DNA from: Ylistrum balloti
Taxonomy: Eukaryota
NCBI RefSeq assembly: GCF_031769215.1
Contig: NW_026782138.1
Location: 1 to 64,000 of the forward strand
Reading direction: 5' to 3'
Length of the DNA: 64,000 nt
The notes beneath the pieces are model-generated. The model ran no database searches. It was not told where the DNA came from and was given only the letters and a program-made list of their open reading frames with translations. Positions 37,874-52,128 of this stretch are shown one piece after another. The number at the start of each line of letters is the position of its first letter. Positions within the stretch are counted from its first letter, which is position 1. The position numbers and the translations under genes were made by a program.

Positions 37874-40800
37874 TCATTCGCAGCTAGCTTTGATTTTTAG
37901 ACCCATCTCTTCTACCTTTTTCTTAAAAATTTTATTAAAATTTTCGCTTTGGGCAACCGTGAACATTTCTTTCCAGTCTCCAACTTCTCCTGAAAAGTAA
38001 ATAGTGCCATCAGATATATATAAAACCTACGATATATCCTTTCTAAGTTAAACTTGGGCTAGATGTTTCCTTCTTTCAATGTATAGTAAATAAAATGTGA
38101 TATAATATATGTACTGGTCTACACTGAAAAAAGAAACAATTGTACATTATATTGGTTAGAACACTAATATTCCTTACTTTCACAGAGAGATCTGTAAAGC
38201 AAAATACATAATACTTGACATAGATATATCTCAAAGACTGTATAAGACAGATAAGTGAATAGTGTTTTACACTGCAGGTTTAGAATTAGATGAAGTATAG
38301 CTAAATAATGAATTAAGCCGCATCATACAAATTGAATTTTTTTCAAGACAACGTTAATGTTTTCGTAAAAACTGAAGTGTTTCCAAGCGTAAAGATGGCG
38401 CCAAACCCGAAACTAATATTATGATTTATTTATAGTTTAAGTCCACTATCATGACCTTTCGGCCTTTCAGTGGACGAGGAAGGACATGAAAAAGAGCAGA
38501 GAGGGAAAAGTATGAAGTAATTGGATTGAGTGGGATACATAGATGAGGCAGATAGGGGCCGTCTATACTATTTGACCTGTCCTTAAACTATAACTTTGAA
38601 GACAACCACTTGGTAACATTATAGCCCTAGCCTACCACTAACTAAGCACATCGCAGCAAAAGGACCGGTTAAGGACAGAGAGGATAAGGAAGGAGATCCT
38701 ACACTCAGTAAATTTCGATATGTTAATAGTATTTGGGAAGTTCGTCAAAATTACTTTAGAAATAATCCTTATTGCTAATCTAAGCCTAACGTCTGGACAG
38801 GCGTTATCACGCTTGCTCTCATTAAAAAACAAAAACAAAAACAGAGGGATCTTTATCGTGCGAGTTTGACATTCTCACATGGGCCATCATTTTAAGTCCC
38901 ATCCGCCGATTTGTGTGTTAGTGGTTAGTTGTTATGCACTAAGAAGAAGTCCAAGTAAACTCAACAAACCTTTCCTATATATAGGCAGTCGTCCATCCTC
39001 AGAAATGTCTTTCCATCGGTCACTGGGCGGGGTCGTAATTTTGTGACTCTCTTTTAACTTGTTAAATTGTATACTTTCTGAGACTGATCGTAAGAAATCC
39101 TCATCATGATCAACTTCTAGAAACTTTGCCAATTTCACGACGTTTGCAAATGTATTCTGAAATGTCAACACACATAAAGATAAACCGATGATATATATAT
39201 AAACATATTGAAGTATTGTTTTGAACACGTTTAAGATTGCAATACACAGCTCGCTTGGAAGTCGATGTCCATGAATTATGTGGTCACTTCCAATGTCACT
39301 TCTTTGACATTTTAAGGCGAAGTAATCAGACTCATCTTACCAGATTACACACCAATTTACCTGTTTGAAATCGTGAAATGAAAGACTGAGAAAGTTTGAC
39401 TGTTCCCATTCTTCCATGTCTTTTATCCAGGAAAACCAGGAACCATTACCCATAAAACCTACAATACAAGTAGGATTTCAATTAAAATCAATGGGTACAT
39501 TTGCAAATATACAACTGCCTTGCCCACAGAAGAAGAAATTAATTGGATGTAGAAATTTCGGGAAATCAAAGTTAATATATAACAGGAGCAGTATTCAAAC
39601 CAGGACTGAGTTTTTCACTAAGCAGGAGATGTGTAAATCATGTTTGAAATAGAGTCCAATGGGCCTTTGAATCGCTCACCACTTATGCAGCGTAAAAAGA
39701 AGTCTGTCCGTTAAGTTACAAACATACAAAAATACCTTGACCAACGACATATTGATTACAGAAAGAAAACATTTTGACGTTCTTAACATTTGACCCCTGT
39801 GACTTTGTAATTCATGTGAAAATCTGTACAAAATTCGTCATCCTTCGTCCCAGCATGTTACATGGTCAATATTGATACCCAAGGGCACTTTGTTACTGGA
39901 AAGTAATAGTTTAAAGATTTTTAACATAATTTACCTATGTGACATTGAGAATGCGTCAAGGTAATTCATTTACACAGATTGTTATTAATTGTTATTCTTT
40001 TATCCCACCATGCTACTGACCCAATATCATGATTATCTTGGTTATGTAGAAGAAATAATTTAATGCGAAAAAAGACGGCTGCCAGACCGACGACGGACGC
40101 CGTTCCTCGACACAAAGGATATTTTCGGTGTAAATCCTTTTCATTACTAAATGCAAATGCTTTTGAATTACAAGTTGCATATTAACGCTAAAATAAATCT
40201 TACATTCTTCGGAGAGAAAAATATTCAAAAACCCTTCAAATGTTCCTTGATATCCGATATCTCCTAGGTTTTGTAGCATGTGATATACAGATGTCACTAT
40301 ATCTTTAGGATTTCTGGTAACGGTGACCACTTTCCCTCTTCCGATCTTCATCTGTTCGGGAAGAAACCGGAACCGCAAGTGGGAGCCGAACGTCCTGGGT
40401 GATTGCATCTTCTCTATTTCATTGAAATCTTGAAATTCCATCATTGTAGGGGACCCAGAGTACTTTAGAGAACCTGATCGTAACATCATTACTGTATTGT
40501 AGAGCCAATGAGTACCTTAAATACACCAAGAAACAACATGATCTCCTCGTTCCTTGCATATTCATAACGCCCATTGATCTTACAATGCATATCATTATGT
40601 TTTATTACTTTTCGAAGCAGTGTTACCGATTTGTAAAAAATCATCACGTGACCGGGGGATAAAAACCACATTCATTATAAGGAAATAAATGGTATTTCCT
40701 CGAAGTGCGTGCCTCTATGGTGATCCTACGCCATATTCGTTCGCAACTGTCACCCTTATATGTGTTACCGTCAATGGCAAACAAGCAAACGTAGAAAGTA

Positions 40801-41747
40801 TGTTACAATCTTAAAGATATCGGACTCGATGCAGCTTGGAAAATAATGACGCCCAGAAACGACAAATATTTAAGTATATTTGGGTGGTCGGGTGGCGCAG
40901 TGGTAACGCACTCACCTTTCACCTAGCCGACCGGAGTTCGATTACCGGAACGGACGTGAATAGGTAAGAGGTCACCTGCCCGACCACGTTGGTTTTCCCC
41001 GGGTACTCCGGTTTCCTCCCACAATAAGACCCCTCGCGCGCTTACATTCTTATTGTTGTAAAATAAAGTTTATATATAATATTTAAGTAACCGTGACCTA
41101 TTTAAGAAAATATCAGGACACCGGCAAGAACCTCGTGCAAAGCCAGACATGATGAGGCCTCCCTCTTAATTAGAAAGAGTTGGTCACATAATTGTTTTTT
41201 CAAGAATGCTTCTTTGTAGACTAAAAACGTATGTTTGATTTTTATGGTATTATAAACATATTTTGCCACTGAGCAAGAAGAAGCAAAAAAATTCCATTTC
41301 ATGAATAATCCGTTATCAAATATATAACAAAATTGTAACTTAATTAAAGACAAACAGTTAAAGTGAATGTTGACATCCCGCTTGAAAAATCCCCCGATGA
41401 AATTTGTAAGATGTTACCTAGAAAGCGATCAAGCTGTACCGATGAAACTTCGCTCTACACTAGGTGACCACTGAGATCGATTGAAAGAGAGCTTTAGCTT
41501 TTCATTTTCATTTCAGTAAAAGTGTCTTAACATGGAATATCATAAGAAATATTACAAAACCAAAATTTTACCCACCAGATTTGGGGAACACACAAACGAG
41601 AACATCATCCTGTTTGATGTGACGATTTGCTATTTTAGCTAGCTGGTCTCTTACATTTCCAACAGTTTCTATAATGAATGGATAACCCTTGTATCGTTTA
41701 AAGGTGTACTTGTTATTCTCTTCATCGACGATTTTAACCATCTCCAT
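37874..41747 (-). CDS. Cytosolic sulfotransferase (SULT family), copy A, 294 aa
   Basis: Exons 41747-41576, 40515-40204, 39458-39361, 39156-38970, 37989-37874, all GT/AG and in frame. Motifs FPKSGTHW (5'-PSB), RTFGSH (catalytic His), RNPKD...S (3'-PB), RKGEVGDWK..FTVAQSE. Confidence 0.93.
40882..41075 (+). mobile_element. tRNA-derived SINE (V-domain-like core) in SULT-A intron 1
   Basis: A-box GGTGGCGCAGTGG, B-box-like GGAGTTCGATTACC, core CCCGGGTACTCCGGTTTCCTCCCAC. The direct repeat AATATTTAAGTA at 40865-40876 and 41078-41089 roughly flanks it. Confidence 0.8.
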
Positions 41748-43679
41748 GGCGAACGATAATGATAGCCTGTGGGAAGATAATTAAATACGGGAAAGATATT
41801 ATCGTATTACTACAATTGTATATAAAGATTTTAACATGTTCTCTTTGAGTGTAGATTTTTCGTGATCAGTGCAAAATATGTGGAGCTGCTGGCTATTATT
41901 TTAAATAATTCAACGTTCAACTTTTGGTTAATATCTGTTGACAATGACGTCGAATATAACTTGGGTATGAAACCCAGTGAAACGTTATCATTTACACATT
42001 GAAAACCAGTCATGTGAAAAATTGCTAGCAACCTTTCCTTGCTTTCTTTAACATAACTGAATAGATGATTTAATCAGCGTACCTTTTAAGCAACAATGCC
42101 CTCTACATCCCTTTGTCGAACACACTATTTTATCTGACCCTCGTTATCACATAAACCCGGAGTTACCCAATGCATATACTTGTTTCATTTAACTGGGACT
42201 ACAGAGATGACCTACTGTAATTGCCAGGGTCATATGACTGTGTATGAACAGCTGAAGTCATTTACTGATTACTGAAGTAACGATGACAGCTCTATATATG
42301 CGAGATGATTGTGACCCTCTTTGTGAAAGTGTGGAACTGAAGCCTACTTTAAAATGTCGCATGACGGCCAACGAAGACTTGTAGTAGTTCCAGTATAACT
42401 TTATCAATTCTTGTGAATTACACATTGGAAAAATAGTTTTCGCAAAATAGACTCTTTCATCTGCCTCAGGTATTTCGGAGTGATTCTTTTGGCATAAACA
42501 ATTTCAACATAATATTAACTGTTAAATCGTATATTCCATAATATTTCCGTTTTATATAACTGTCGACTACGAGTTTTACCATTTTCTCGACAGAACTTGC
42601 ATTGTACATATTTAGATACTTTTAAAGTTTGTTTTGAAGAATTCAGAAATTGATTTTGACAATTTTCGTTGATTTTCTATCAGTGTGAAACGCTAGGACA
42701 TGTCGATGATTAACCAAATATGCCAATTTCCCCTACCACCTAATTTTTTGTAAGTATCAAAGTACTGAAAAACCGAAGTAATTTTCAAACACGTATCATA
42801 GGAACAGATTTACTTGTTAGTATACATTCCAACTTTGTCGCAGTTCATCAGTTGGTATTCTTCGGAAAAGTATGTTTTATTTTTGTATTAACTGAAAAGA
42901 AATTGATTTAGGCGAGAATCCTCGGGAATATATGACTCGATGTATTTATTGATGAGATTGACAAGAAAAAAACTTTAGGGCATAGTACTTTGTTGGATAA
43001 ATAAAAGCTGAAGAAATGGTGTAAACAGGGCAAATTTTGGAAACCGATTTTCTATATTGCTCCAAATCTTACAAATCTCAACACGACAACAAAACTGCAT
43101 GAAACCGTGCAGAATGAATGTGCTGAAGAGCTCTTTCAAAACACTTGATTTAGTTATTCTCTTGATGTCGTCTCACTATCGAGTTAATGTTTCGATGTTT
43201 TTCGTGTTCTTTCAATATTCTTGATATTGTTCTGAAATGATCTTGCCATTTTAGTTCATGCTGGTAAAACTGATTTCTTCCTTCAACGGGGTTGCAGAAG
43301 TTTTTTTTAGCTCGTGTCATAGAAAATACTAAATGCCAATGACTTAATTTTAGGGAAAGGAAGTGAAAAAATATGAATTGTGCCTCAACTGAATGTTAAA
43401 ATCCTATTGTTTCATAAATATCCCTCGCTATTATAAAACTAACATCATATAATGAAAGTGCCCATGGATGATGTGTTTTATGGTATCATTATACTACAAT
43501 AAGTTGATAATTGATTTATAATTGATCTGATTTCACACTCACTTGATTGTAAATGTTGTTGATACAACAGGAAAACAGCAACCTGTCACCATAATCATAA
43601 TTCAAACTCAAATTCAATAAAACCACAGCAAAATATGAACAAAAGAAAGCTTCATACGGGGATACCTTAATAAAAATAC

Positions 43680-44010
43680 ATGGAGAATAAGATCAAGTGT
43701 TCCAGTCTGCTACGTCTACGACACCCACCATGCCAACTGTGGTCAACCCAAGTAAGTAATGTCACGTTCTCAAACAACAAGGAATACAACAACGGAACTA
43801 ACAGTAAAACTTACGAGGATCAAACACTTCCAGCTTCATATCACACAAAGAAGTAGAATATTTCTCAATGAGATCACTGTGGCAACCATAAAACTTCCAC
43901 TCTCATCAATCTGCATCTTTTGAAATCCTGTGTTACGAATTTATCCGCCAATTGACGACTTCTTGCATGAAAATCGTTAAAATGGGAAAAGAGGCTTGGG
44001 GAGAAGTATA
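43680..44010 (-). pseudogene. Penelope-like retroelement C-terminal relic
   Basis: - strand reads SHFNDFHARSRQLADKFVTQDFKRCRL...KFYGCHSDLIEKYSTSLCDM, resembling the post-RT segment of Penelope-like elements. Confidence 0.5.
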
Positions 44011-45183
44011 TCTTTATATTCAAGACCACTCTCAATATGTCTGATCTCAGGACCTCGCTCTACAATTACTCAGTATAACACTAACGATGTATAAAGTTTA
44101 TACTTTTTTTTTCATATAAACACAATATAATGTACCACAGCATATTGCCAAGAGGAAGTTGTTTTCACACCTTGCCTATACCACATCTGTTATCTATAGA
44201 ACCTAATTTTCATGAATGATGACCTGCTGTGCAATTTCTTTATATTTTCCAAGTATTAGATTTCCGTTTCTAAACCATTTCAAATTACGTGCCAGTCGTT
44301 CATTTTCTTCATTTATGAATGTTAGCCTCAATATCCAAGTTACCTAACAAAAAATGGTACAAAAGACACAAAAGTAAATAGCACCTTCAATACAAATTTA
44401 GAATAAATATGATGTAGCAAATCCACACGGTGAACGAAACGACTTCATTCTTCAAGCTGCACCACATTCTCATTCATATCTTAACGGTTGTGATATTCGT
44501 AATAGCAATTGTTGTTGCATCAGAATTACGATATACCGTAATGAAGTCTCAACCAATAGCATTTAAAGCACAACAGTAATTTTTATAAGCATCATTTATT
44601 AATGTATGAGTAGATATACAATCTATAATATTACAATTCGTGTTCATTTAGCCATCACTACTGTGTACATGAATAACATGCATAATAATACGTATTTATA
44701 TATGATTTACCTTAACATTACTTATTAAGATAGGTACGATAAATGCTTTTAACACTATTGAACCTTAGACTTGGTAATGATATCCTTAGCTATAATTTAA
44801 AGCATCGGGACGAGGCTGTCCAGTCACTGAATAGGTTATATATACACTACCCGTTCCTAGCTGACATACAAAGACTAATATCAGTGCATAACATATTCAT
44901 ATACACCGTTCACATATATACACTAGGTAAACATCATTTCAACCATTGGTATACCGTCCATCTGATAGTATTTCTCGTCATATGTAATTTTGTTTTATAC
45001 ACACTCCGTTTATCTATTGTTGTTAAAGAATGAATTTTATAATTTTCTTTTTTGTGATAATGTTCTTTTAACAATTGTTCCGTGCACTTTTTATTTGTCC
45101 TTTTCCGTGCTAACTTGTCGTCAACCAATCATGACAGCCCATTCCGAGGTCGAGTAACTGCATAAAGCCACATCATTTACACT

Positions 45184-47576
45184 TTACTCGAAGCTCGTTT
45201 TTATTTTGAGGCCGAACTCTTCTACCTTTTCCTTAAATAATTTATCAAACTGTTCGCTTTGAGCAACCGTGATTACTTTTTTCCATTCTCCAACTTCGCC
45301 TAAAAAAGGAAAATAATAATACTTTAGCACTTTAACGAATCATAAGTCAATGTATCACTAAAGAGCTTATATTGGTTATTACGTTATTATTATTGATAAC
45401 GTAAGTACATAATATTTTCTTAAAATATCAATATGTGTACCTTTCCTATATATAGGCAGTCGTCCATCCTCAGAAATGTCTTTCCATCGGTCACTGGGCG
45501 GGGTCGTAAGGTTGTGACTCTCTTTCAACTTGTTAAATTGTATACTGTCTGAGACTGATCGTAAGAAATCCTCATCATGATCAACTTCTAGAAACTTTGC
45601 CAATTTCACGACGTTTTCAAATGTATTCTGTAACGCACATGATTCTTTTTAAAAATAATACATACTTAACTGTTAAAAAAGCGAAATAGTTAAGAAGTTG
45701 ACAAACTATATCAAAAATCGAAAATTCCAAAATTATTCCTGAAAGCAATTTTAAATTATGTTTACCTTCAACAACAATAAAATAAATCCAACATTGCAAA
45801 TTTCACTCACGCTATCAACGAAAATTTGTGCTGAATCACTGGAGAATGTTTGTGTACTGTAATACACTACTTAAAGTTGACCCATGTGGAATATCAACGC
45901 CATCCATGTGGAGGACGTACAACTTAATGATATATAAGAAATGATCTTGGTTTTGTCCTACAAGACTTATAATGAGCTAATTCGCCAGGTATCGACAAGT
46001 AAGAGCATCTTTCTATTGCTTTAAACCAAAAGGACGAAAATCTCGTTATATGACTTAATGGTAACTGTTTTATTTAGATGTCTCGTTTTAAAAGTAAGCC
46101 GTTGAGTACATACATTTAATTCCAAATGTTATCTTAATATTTCTGAAGATTTCTGTTAACTGTTTATGAATTGTTATCTCTTTGGATCCTCAAAACACGA
46201 AATACATTATGTTATATTATTGGCAACAAGATTCGAAGGAACCAATCAAGGATAGTTTTTAAAAAATGTGACAAGGTGAAGTTACGTTACGGTATGGTAC
46301 TTATTTCAATAAACCTGTTTGAAATCTTTGTACGAAAGACTCAAGCAATTCGGAGATTTCCATTCCTCCATGTCCTTTATCCAGGAAAACCACGAGCCAT
46401 TCCCCATAAAACCTTATTATAAAACAGAAATGAAATGATTGAGGATATGAACTTTGTTACCAAGCTTTTACTTTTTTTCTTGTATGAATATGACATATTT
46501 TAGGCTGTGTAAAATATAACATGGTATGCAGGCAACAAATCATACACGGGATAAAAATATTCGAACATGAATGATTTCAAATCTTAGGATTGTAGTTCGT
46601 ACAATTTACAACGTTAGGATATCGTTAAAGATACGTTATTTATCGCCACTAACACTCGTTATGAATGATCTATCCATTTGTAGTTAGTAACCACTTCTCA
46701 AAGTGTTTGTAATTGTTTCAGTAATATTTTATGTATCCTGTATATAGTTACTTACATTCTTCGGTGACGAAAATTTTCAAAAAACCTTCAAATGATCCCT
46801 GGTACCCAATATCGCCCATTGCTTGAAGCATTTTGTACATCGATACTACAGTGTCTTTAGGATTTCTGGTAACGGTGACCACTTTTCCTCTACCGAGCTT
46901 CATCTGCTCTGGAAGAAACCGGAACCGCATGTGGGAGCCGAATGTTCTAGGTGATTCCTTTTCCTCTATAAGTTTGAACTCTTGGAACTCTAGAAATGTA
47001 GGTGTTCCAGAGTACTTAAGAGATCCAGATCGTAACATCATTACTGTGTTGTAGAGCCAGTGGGTACCTGAGTTATAAGAAAGTCTTTAATACGACTGAT
47101 GATAACATACCAATTTTTACCGTTGATATTCATAATTTGGCTCTACGGTAACTAGGTCTTAATTTGTATTAAATGTGTTATTCTCTTATGTGTCTTCCGT
47201 ACAATCAACAATCTGACCGTAACTAGATGACATGTTTGTGTAAAACAACGCAAAAATAATAGAAAGTCACAGCAATTCAGTAAAATATTTTCAGTTCAAT
47301 ATCAAATTGTCACATCAGAAATAAACGATAATATTTCATTGTATTTCAAAACATCGAAAAGTTGACTGTATTAAGCAATAGATACATTTCAAAGAAATAT
47401 TTACCAGACTTGGGGAACACACTAACAATAACATCGTCCGGCTTGACGTCAAAGTGTGCTATTTTCTCAAGTTGGTCTCTTACATTTCCAATTGCTTCTA
47501 CGTTGAAAGGATAACCCTTGTACCGTTTAAACCTGTACTTGTTGTTCTGTTCATCAACAATGCTAACAAGTTCCAT
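45184..47576 (-). CDS. Cytosolic sulfotransferase (SULT family), copy B, 294 aa
   Basis: Exons 47576-47405, 47067-46756, 46412-46315, 45627-45441, 45299-45184; GT/AG, in frame. FPKSGTHW, RTFGSH, RNPKD, RKGEVGEWK..ITVAQSE. Confidence 0.93.
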
Positions 47577-48640
47577 GATGAATAATATGACAGCTGTAAG
47601 AAATGAAAAGACGATTCCTTCTAGTAAAAAGGTATTAGCCATCAAAAAGATACACATGTACTTATACACGAAACATCAATTTTAAAAAACGTTTTGGTGA
47701 CTTTGATGATAAGTTGGAAAGTTGAATTTAAGATATAAATTAAAAGGACTCTATAGTAAAAATAAAAGGTATACCTTGTTATACAACGGATCTGTGTGTT
47801 TTCCGGCTTGTCGTTGATGTGAGAATACAGGATTCACATATGTATGTTATCTGAATGGGTTGTCGGGTAAGCCTGCGATAACGATCTTATGAAGCAGAGT
47901 AGCGATAGTTTACTTGAGGGTATACTTCATCATGAAAATCTTTGTATGACGAACGAAAATGGTTGTAAATGAAGCTAGTTTCGATATGGGAAGAAGCACA
48001 AATACACAAAAATATGAAAACAGTGATCGTGACGATAAACTCCAATATTTGTGGTGCTACAGATATCGAATGATATTTTCCAACTTAAAGAGATTGATTG
48101 GTTTTATATTTTTAACGTCAGAAAAAAATTATGGTCATAGAAAGATTGTATCTTGATGTATGCAATATGAGTATATGTGTTTCGAGCGCGTGTGTTTGAA
48201 AGACTATTTTATGTTCGTACAAGCCGTCATTAAAATGCTTACATCCCGTCTGGTCGCCTTTTATTTACAATGGAAAAACCCACAACGCCGAACTTAAAGC
48301 AGGAATTAATTACCAGCGGACAGAAACCAAAGCTTTCCTTGAAAGGGAGAAAGCTCAGCTAAAAGCGGAAAGTGAGCCAGTGTCAAAGTGGACATTAGGA
48401 GCAAGAAATATATGAAGAAAAGAGCAATGGGGATACTTAATATGTAATTTCACTTCGTCTTTGACTATTGACTCAGAGATTTTAGAAAAGTCGAAAATGT
48501 CAATTTTTAACGGCCACACGACGACAGACAAAAATGCGATTGCAACAGGTAAGCCGTATGATAAAAAAGTTATTTAGAAAGAAAAGATAACGTCTCTGGC
48601 TCTTATCATAGGTCTGGTGCAGTGGGTGCTATTCGGATGT

Positions 48641-49052
48641 CTGTACGGTACACCTGATGGGCAGGAGGTACCATTCGGATGTCTGTACAGTACACCTGAT
48701 GGGCAGGAGGTACCATTCTAATGTCTGTACAGTACACTTGATGGACAGGAGGTACTATTCTAATGTCTGCACAGTACACCTGATGGACAGGAGGTACTAT
48801 TCTAATGTCTGTACGGTACACCTGATGGACAGGAGGTACTATTCTAATGTCTGTACGGTACACCTGATGGACAGGAGGTACTATTCTAATGTCTGTACGG
48901 TACACTTGATGGACAGGAGGTACTATTCTAATGTCTGTACGGTACACCTGATGGACAGGAGGTACCATTCTAATATCTGTACGGTACACCTGATGGACAG
49001 GAGGTACCATTCTAATGTCTGTACGGTACACCTGATGGACAGTAGGTACCAT
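48641..49052. repeat. 42-bp minisatellite, ~10 units
   Basis: Unit CTGTACGGTACACCTGATGGACAGGAGGTACTATTCTAATGT. Confidence 0.95.
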
Positions 49053-51687
49053 TCACCGATAACACCAAACGGAGGAGGTATATGGTGTGATGAAAAGATG
49101 TAAATATGAATTCCTTTGATGGTATGAGATGTCTTAAATACAAGGTTTGTAAGCAAATGATCTGTCCCTCTTAGAGTTATTATCCTGTTTTCAACACATA
49201 CTTAACACATGTCCATGTGTTTTTTTAATTTATAATCATCCAGGATGGGGTAAGCGCATCTCCATGTCTATAAATACTGTCCGAAAAAATCGACATTACT
49301 ACTCGTATATATATTACAACACATGTCTCTGTCATCACAGACCAGATGAGTCATACAAGGACAGAGCAACTGTATAATTCAGCTTTACAAATGAACTGGC
49401 TTTATTCTGTATGCAATTCTGAAGTTACAATATTGAAAGCGTAATAAAGACAATATCAAAACCATTACGTTTGGCGTCCTCCGGTTTGATGTAAGCGAGT
49501 AAGATCCATACATGTATTCTAGTATGTGTTTACAATTTTTATCTGCCTTCTGTGATTAATTCAGTGACATGAACAAAATGTTTAAACTATTTGTATAACT
49601 GTTTGTTTAACTTTGACATTCAAGCTAGTCTGTGAAATGGAATAATAATTGACTCGGAAATATTTTAAATATTTAAAAAAAAAAAGACAACGATGTATTG
49701 CAGTGCAAATTTCTCAAAAGATGCACAATCATTTTAAACATTTTAATACATTTCTTTATTCGTGGAGAAAGTTGTCCATGACCCGAGTTGTTGCTAAGAC
49801 AGACACCCTAAGTTAAAGAAAAAGAATAGAGTCATGATGTTTACAAAATTAGCAACTCTTTATTTTGGCAAGCAACTGGCTTTACTATATCATACGATGA
49901 TTAATATAGAGAAATACAAGACTTATATCATGTCGGTTTGGTCCAATTGATTCCTTTATCGATAGTATTCTTGTTTAATCTATACGATGATATAGTTTTA
50001 GGTCATGTTTTGTGAATAGTAAAAAATTATCATTTTCCTTTGATTAATACGTATGAAAATTGGCTTTAAAAGGTGTTTTACAGTATTTTCAACATAGGAA
50101 AACAAGATGGTGGCATGCTCCGTCAGTCTCTATTGAAAAGATGTAAAATACCATGGGGATAGGAGGAACAGTCCTGAAGCCAGAAATAAAGAGTGATTGA
50201 ATTTACTCAGTAACAAACTTAATTTGTTCCGGAAAAGTTATCGGTGTTTTATGAGTTATATACGCGGAGTAATTACATACTAGTTGAAGTTAAGACAACA
50301 TTGTCATAGCGAGTCGTCCTTCCATGGAAAATATATCGTTATAATTGATGTTCCGAAAAGGAAATCGATACAGGGACAGTGTCACGATTATTGAAGTACT
50401 TTCCATAACCTTAAAAAATGGCAACTGTGAGGAAGTTGCATGTACTGCCACAAGCTTTGACCGATCTCATTCATTTGTTCGGAAAAGAGAATAAGAAAAA
50501 AATGCATGGGACCTTGTTTAACTCAATAGAAATATAAACGCTGCGTAACTTTTGAAAGAAAAATGTCAACCATTCGCATAGGGTTTTGTCATTTGCGAAA
50601 TGGACGATAGATATAATACAAGGATTTCCTAGGTCGTCAACCTAGTACTAATACACAAAAAATCGATAAAAACAAGTCCTAATCTGAAGAGGTTAATGTG
50701 TTTGTCATGATAACACACGATCATCTCAAGATTACAATCACAGTATGAGTATGTACATGTGTATTTTTTGTGTGTTTTCATCTAGGCTACTACCGTGTAT
50801 TGATAGTCTGTTAAATTCTCCGTACCTTTAAACAAACACTTGACGTATAATACTAAAATTCCATTTGAATGATGTCTTTGATACCTAGGTGTGAACAGAT
50901 GATGAACAATAATTATTTACACAGATCCCCCCTCCCCCTGGCCTGGTCGTCTTCTTATTGTTGATAAGCCATAAATACATTTTGTAAATACTGATTTTCA
51001 GTTTCCTTCTCGTTGTTTCAATAATGTTTACAGAGGAACTAGAGATACATTTCCCTTTATAAATAATATTTCTCTCATTCTAATTTTGCTATTAAAAAGA
51101 AGAAACCATTACAGGTAAGTGGTAAATATGGACCTCAGTAATAAAGCATATCTATTTGATGCTAAGTGAGTAACCCACTCTGTTTTTGCCACATAGCCCA
51201 TGATATTAACAATGAACTATCGACCTGTCCGGACCTACCGATCGTCATTTTCAAGTGCAAATATAAAATTTTGCTGTCGTTCTTCGTTCGAGATTGTGTT
51301 CTCGTGAATAGCATTTTGATTCAACCATATTTCAAAAAGTTTTTGCCCGTCGTTCTTTGTAGCCCTTTAATATAGAGATTTCTTTCACTTTCCACACATC
51401 TCCCATGGTATGCTTTCTCGTTTCAATATATTTATTCTTTTCGATACAAGAAATCCTTAATGTGTTGCACTTAACTAATGTAAATGATGAAGGGCCGACT
51501 CGAGAAGCCAGTTTCTGCACATACCAGCAGCGTTTTAATAAATGGGGATGTTGCCTGATCACGTATCTCACATGTTCTTACTAAATCTATTTGCTATAGA
51601 ATCTGTACAATATAACGATGTCAGGTCCCATAGCTTTATTAGATTTCACACTATCCTGATTCGGGGTGGAAAGTACTAGATTTGTAT

Positions 51688-52128
51688 CACCTGTTGTCCT
51701 TTCTCGTGTTTCCTATTGTACAAATACTGTCAGTGTGAGATACTCACCTGTTGTCCTTGTCGTGTATCCTATTGTACAATACTGTTAGTGTGAGATAATC
51801 ACCTGTTGTCCTTCTCGTGTATCCTATTGTACAATACTGTCAGTGTGAGATAATCACCTGTTGTCCTTCTCGTGTATCCTATTGTACAATACTGTCAGTG
51901 TGAGATAATCACCTGTTGTCTGTGTCGTGAATCCTTTTGTACAATACTGTCAGTGTGAGAGAATCACCTGTTGTCCTTGTCGTGTATTCTATTGTACAAT
52001 ACTGTCAGTGTGAGATAATCACCTGTTGTCCTTGTCGTGTATCCTATTGTACAATACTGTTAGTGTGAGATAATCACCTGTTGTCCTTGTCGTGTATCCT
52101 ATTGTACAATACTGTTAGTGTGAGATAA
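51688..52128. repeat. 54-55-bp minisatellite, ~8 units
   Basis: Unit CACCTGTTGTCCTTGTCGTGTATCCTATTGTACAATACTGTCAGTGTGAGATAAT. Confidence 0.95.

Noticed and set aside
40882-40955. tRNA gene
   Set aside because: A and B boxes are present but there is no closable cloverleaf, and it continues into a SINE core and AT-rich tail.
48606-49156. 148-aa repeat ORFs on both strands
   Set aside because: They are translations of the 42-bp minisatellite.
50100-50500. Faint TIR-like translation on + (EARN...LLSN, VFYEL)
   Set aside because: Too few and too broken motifs to support without a profile search.
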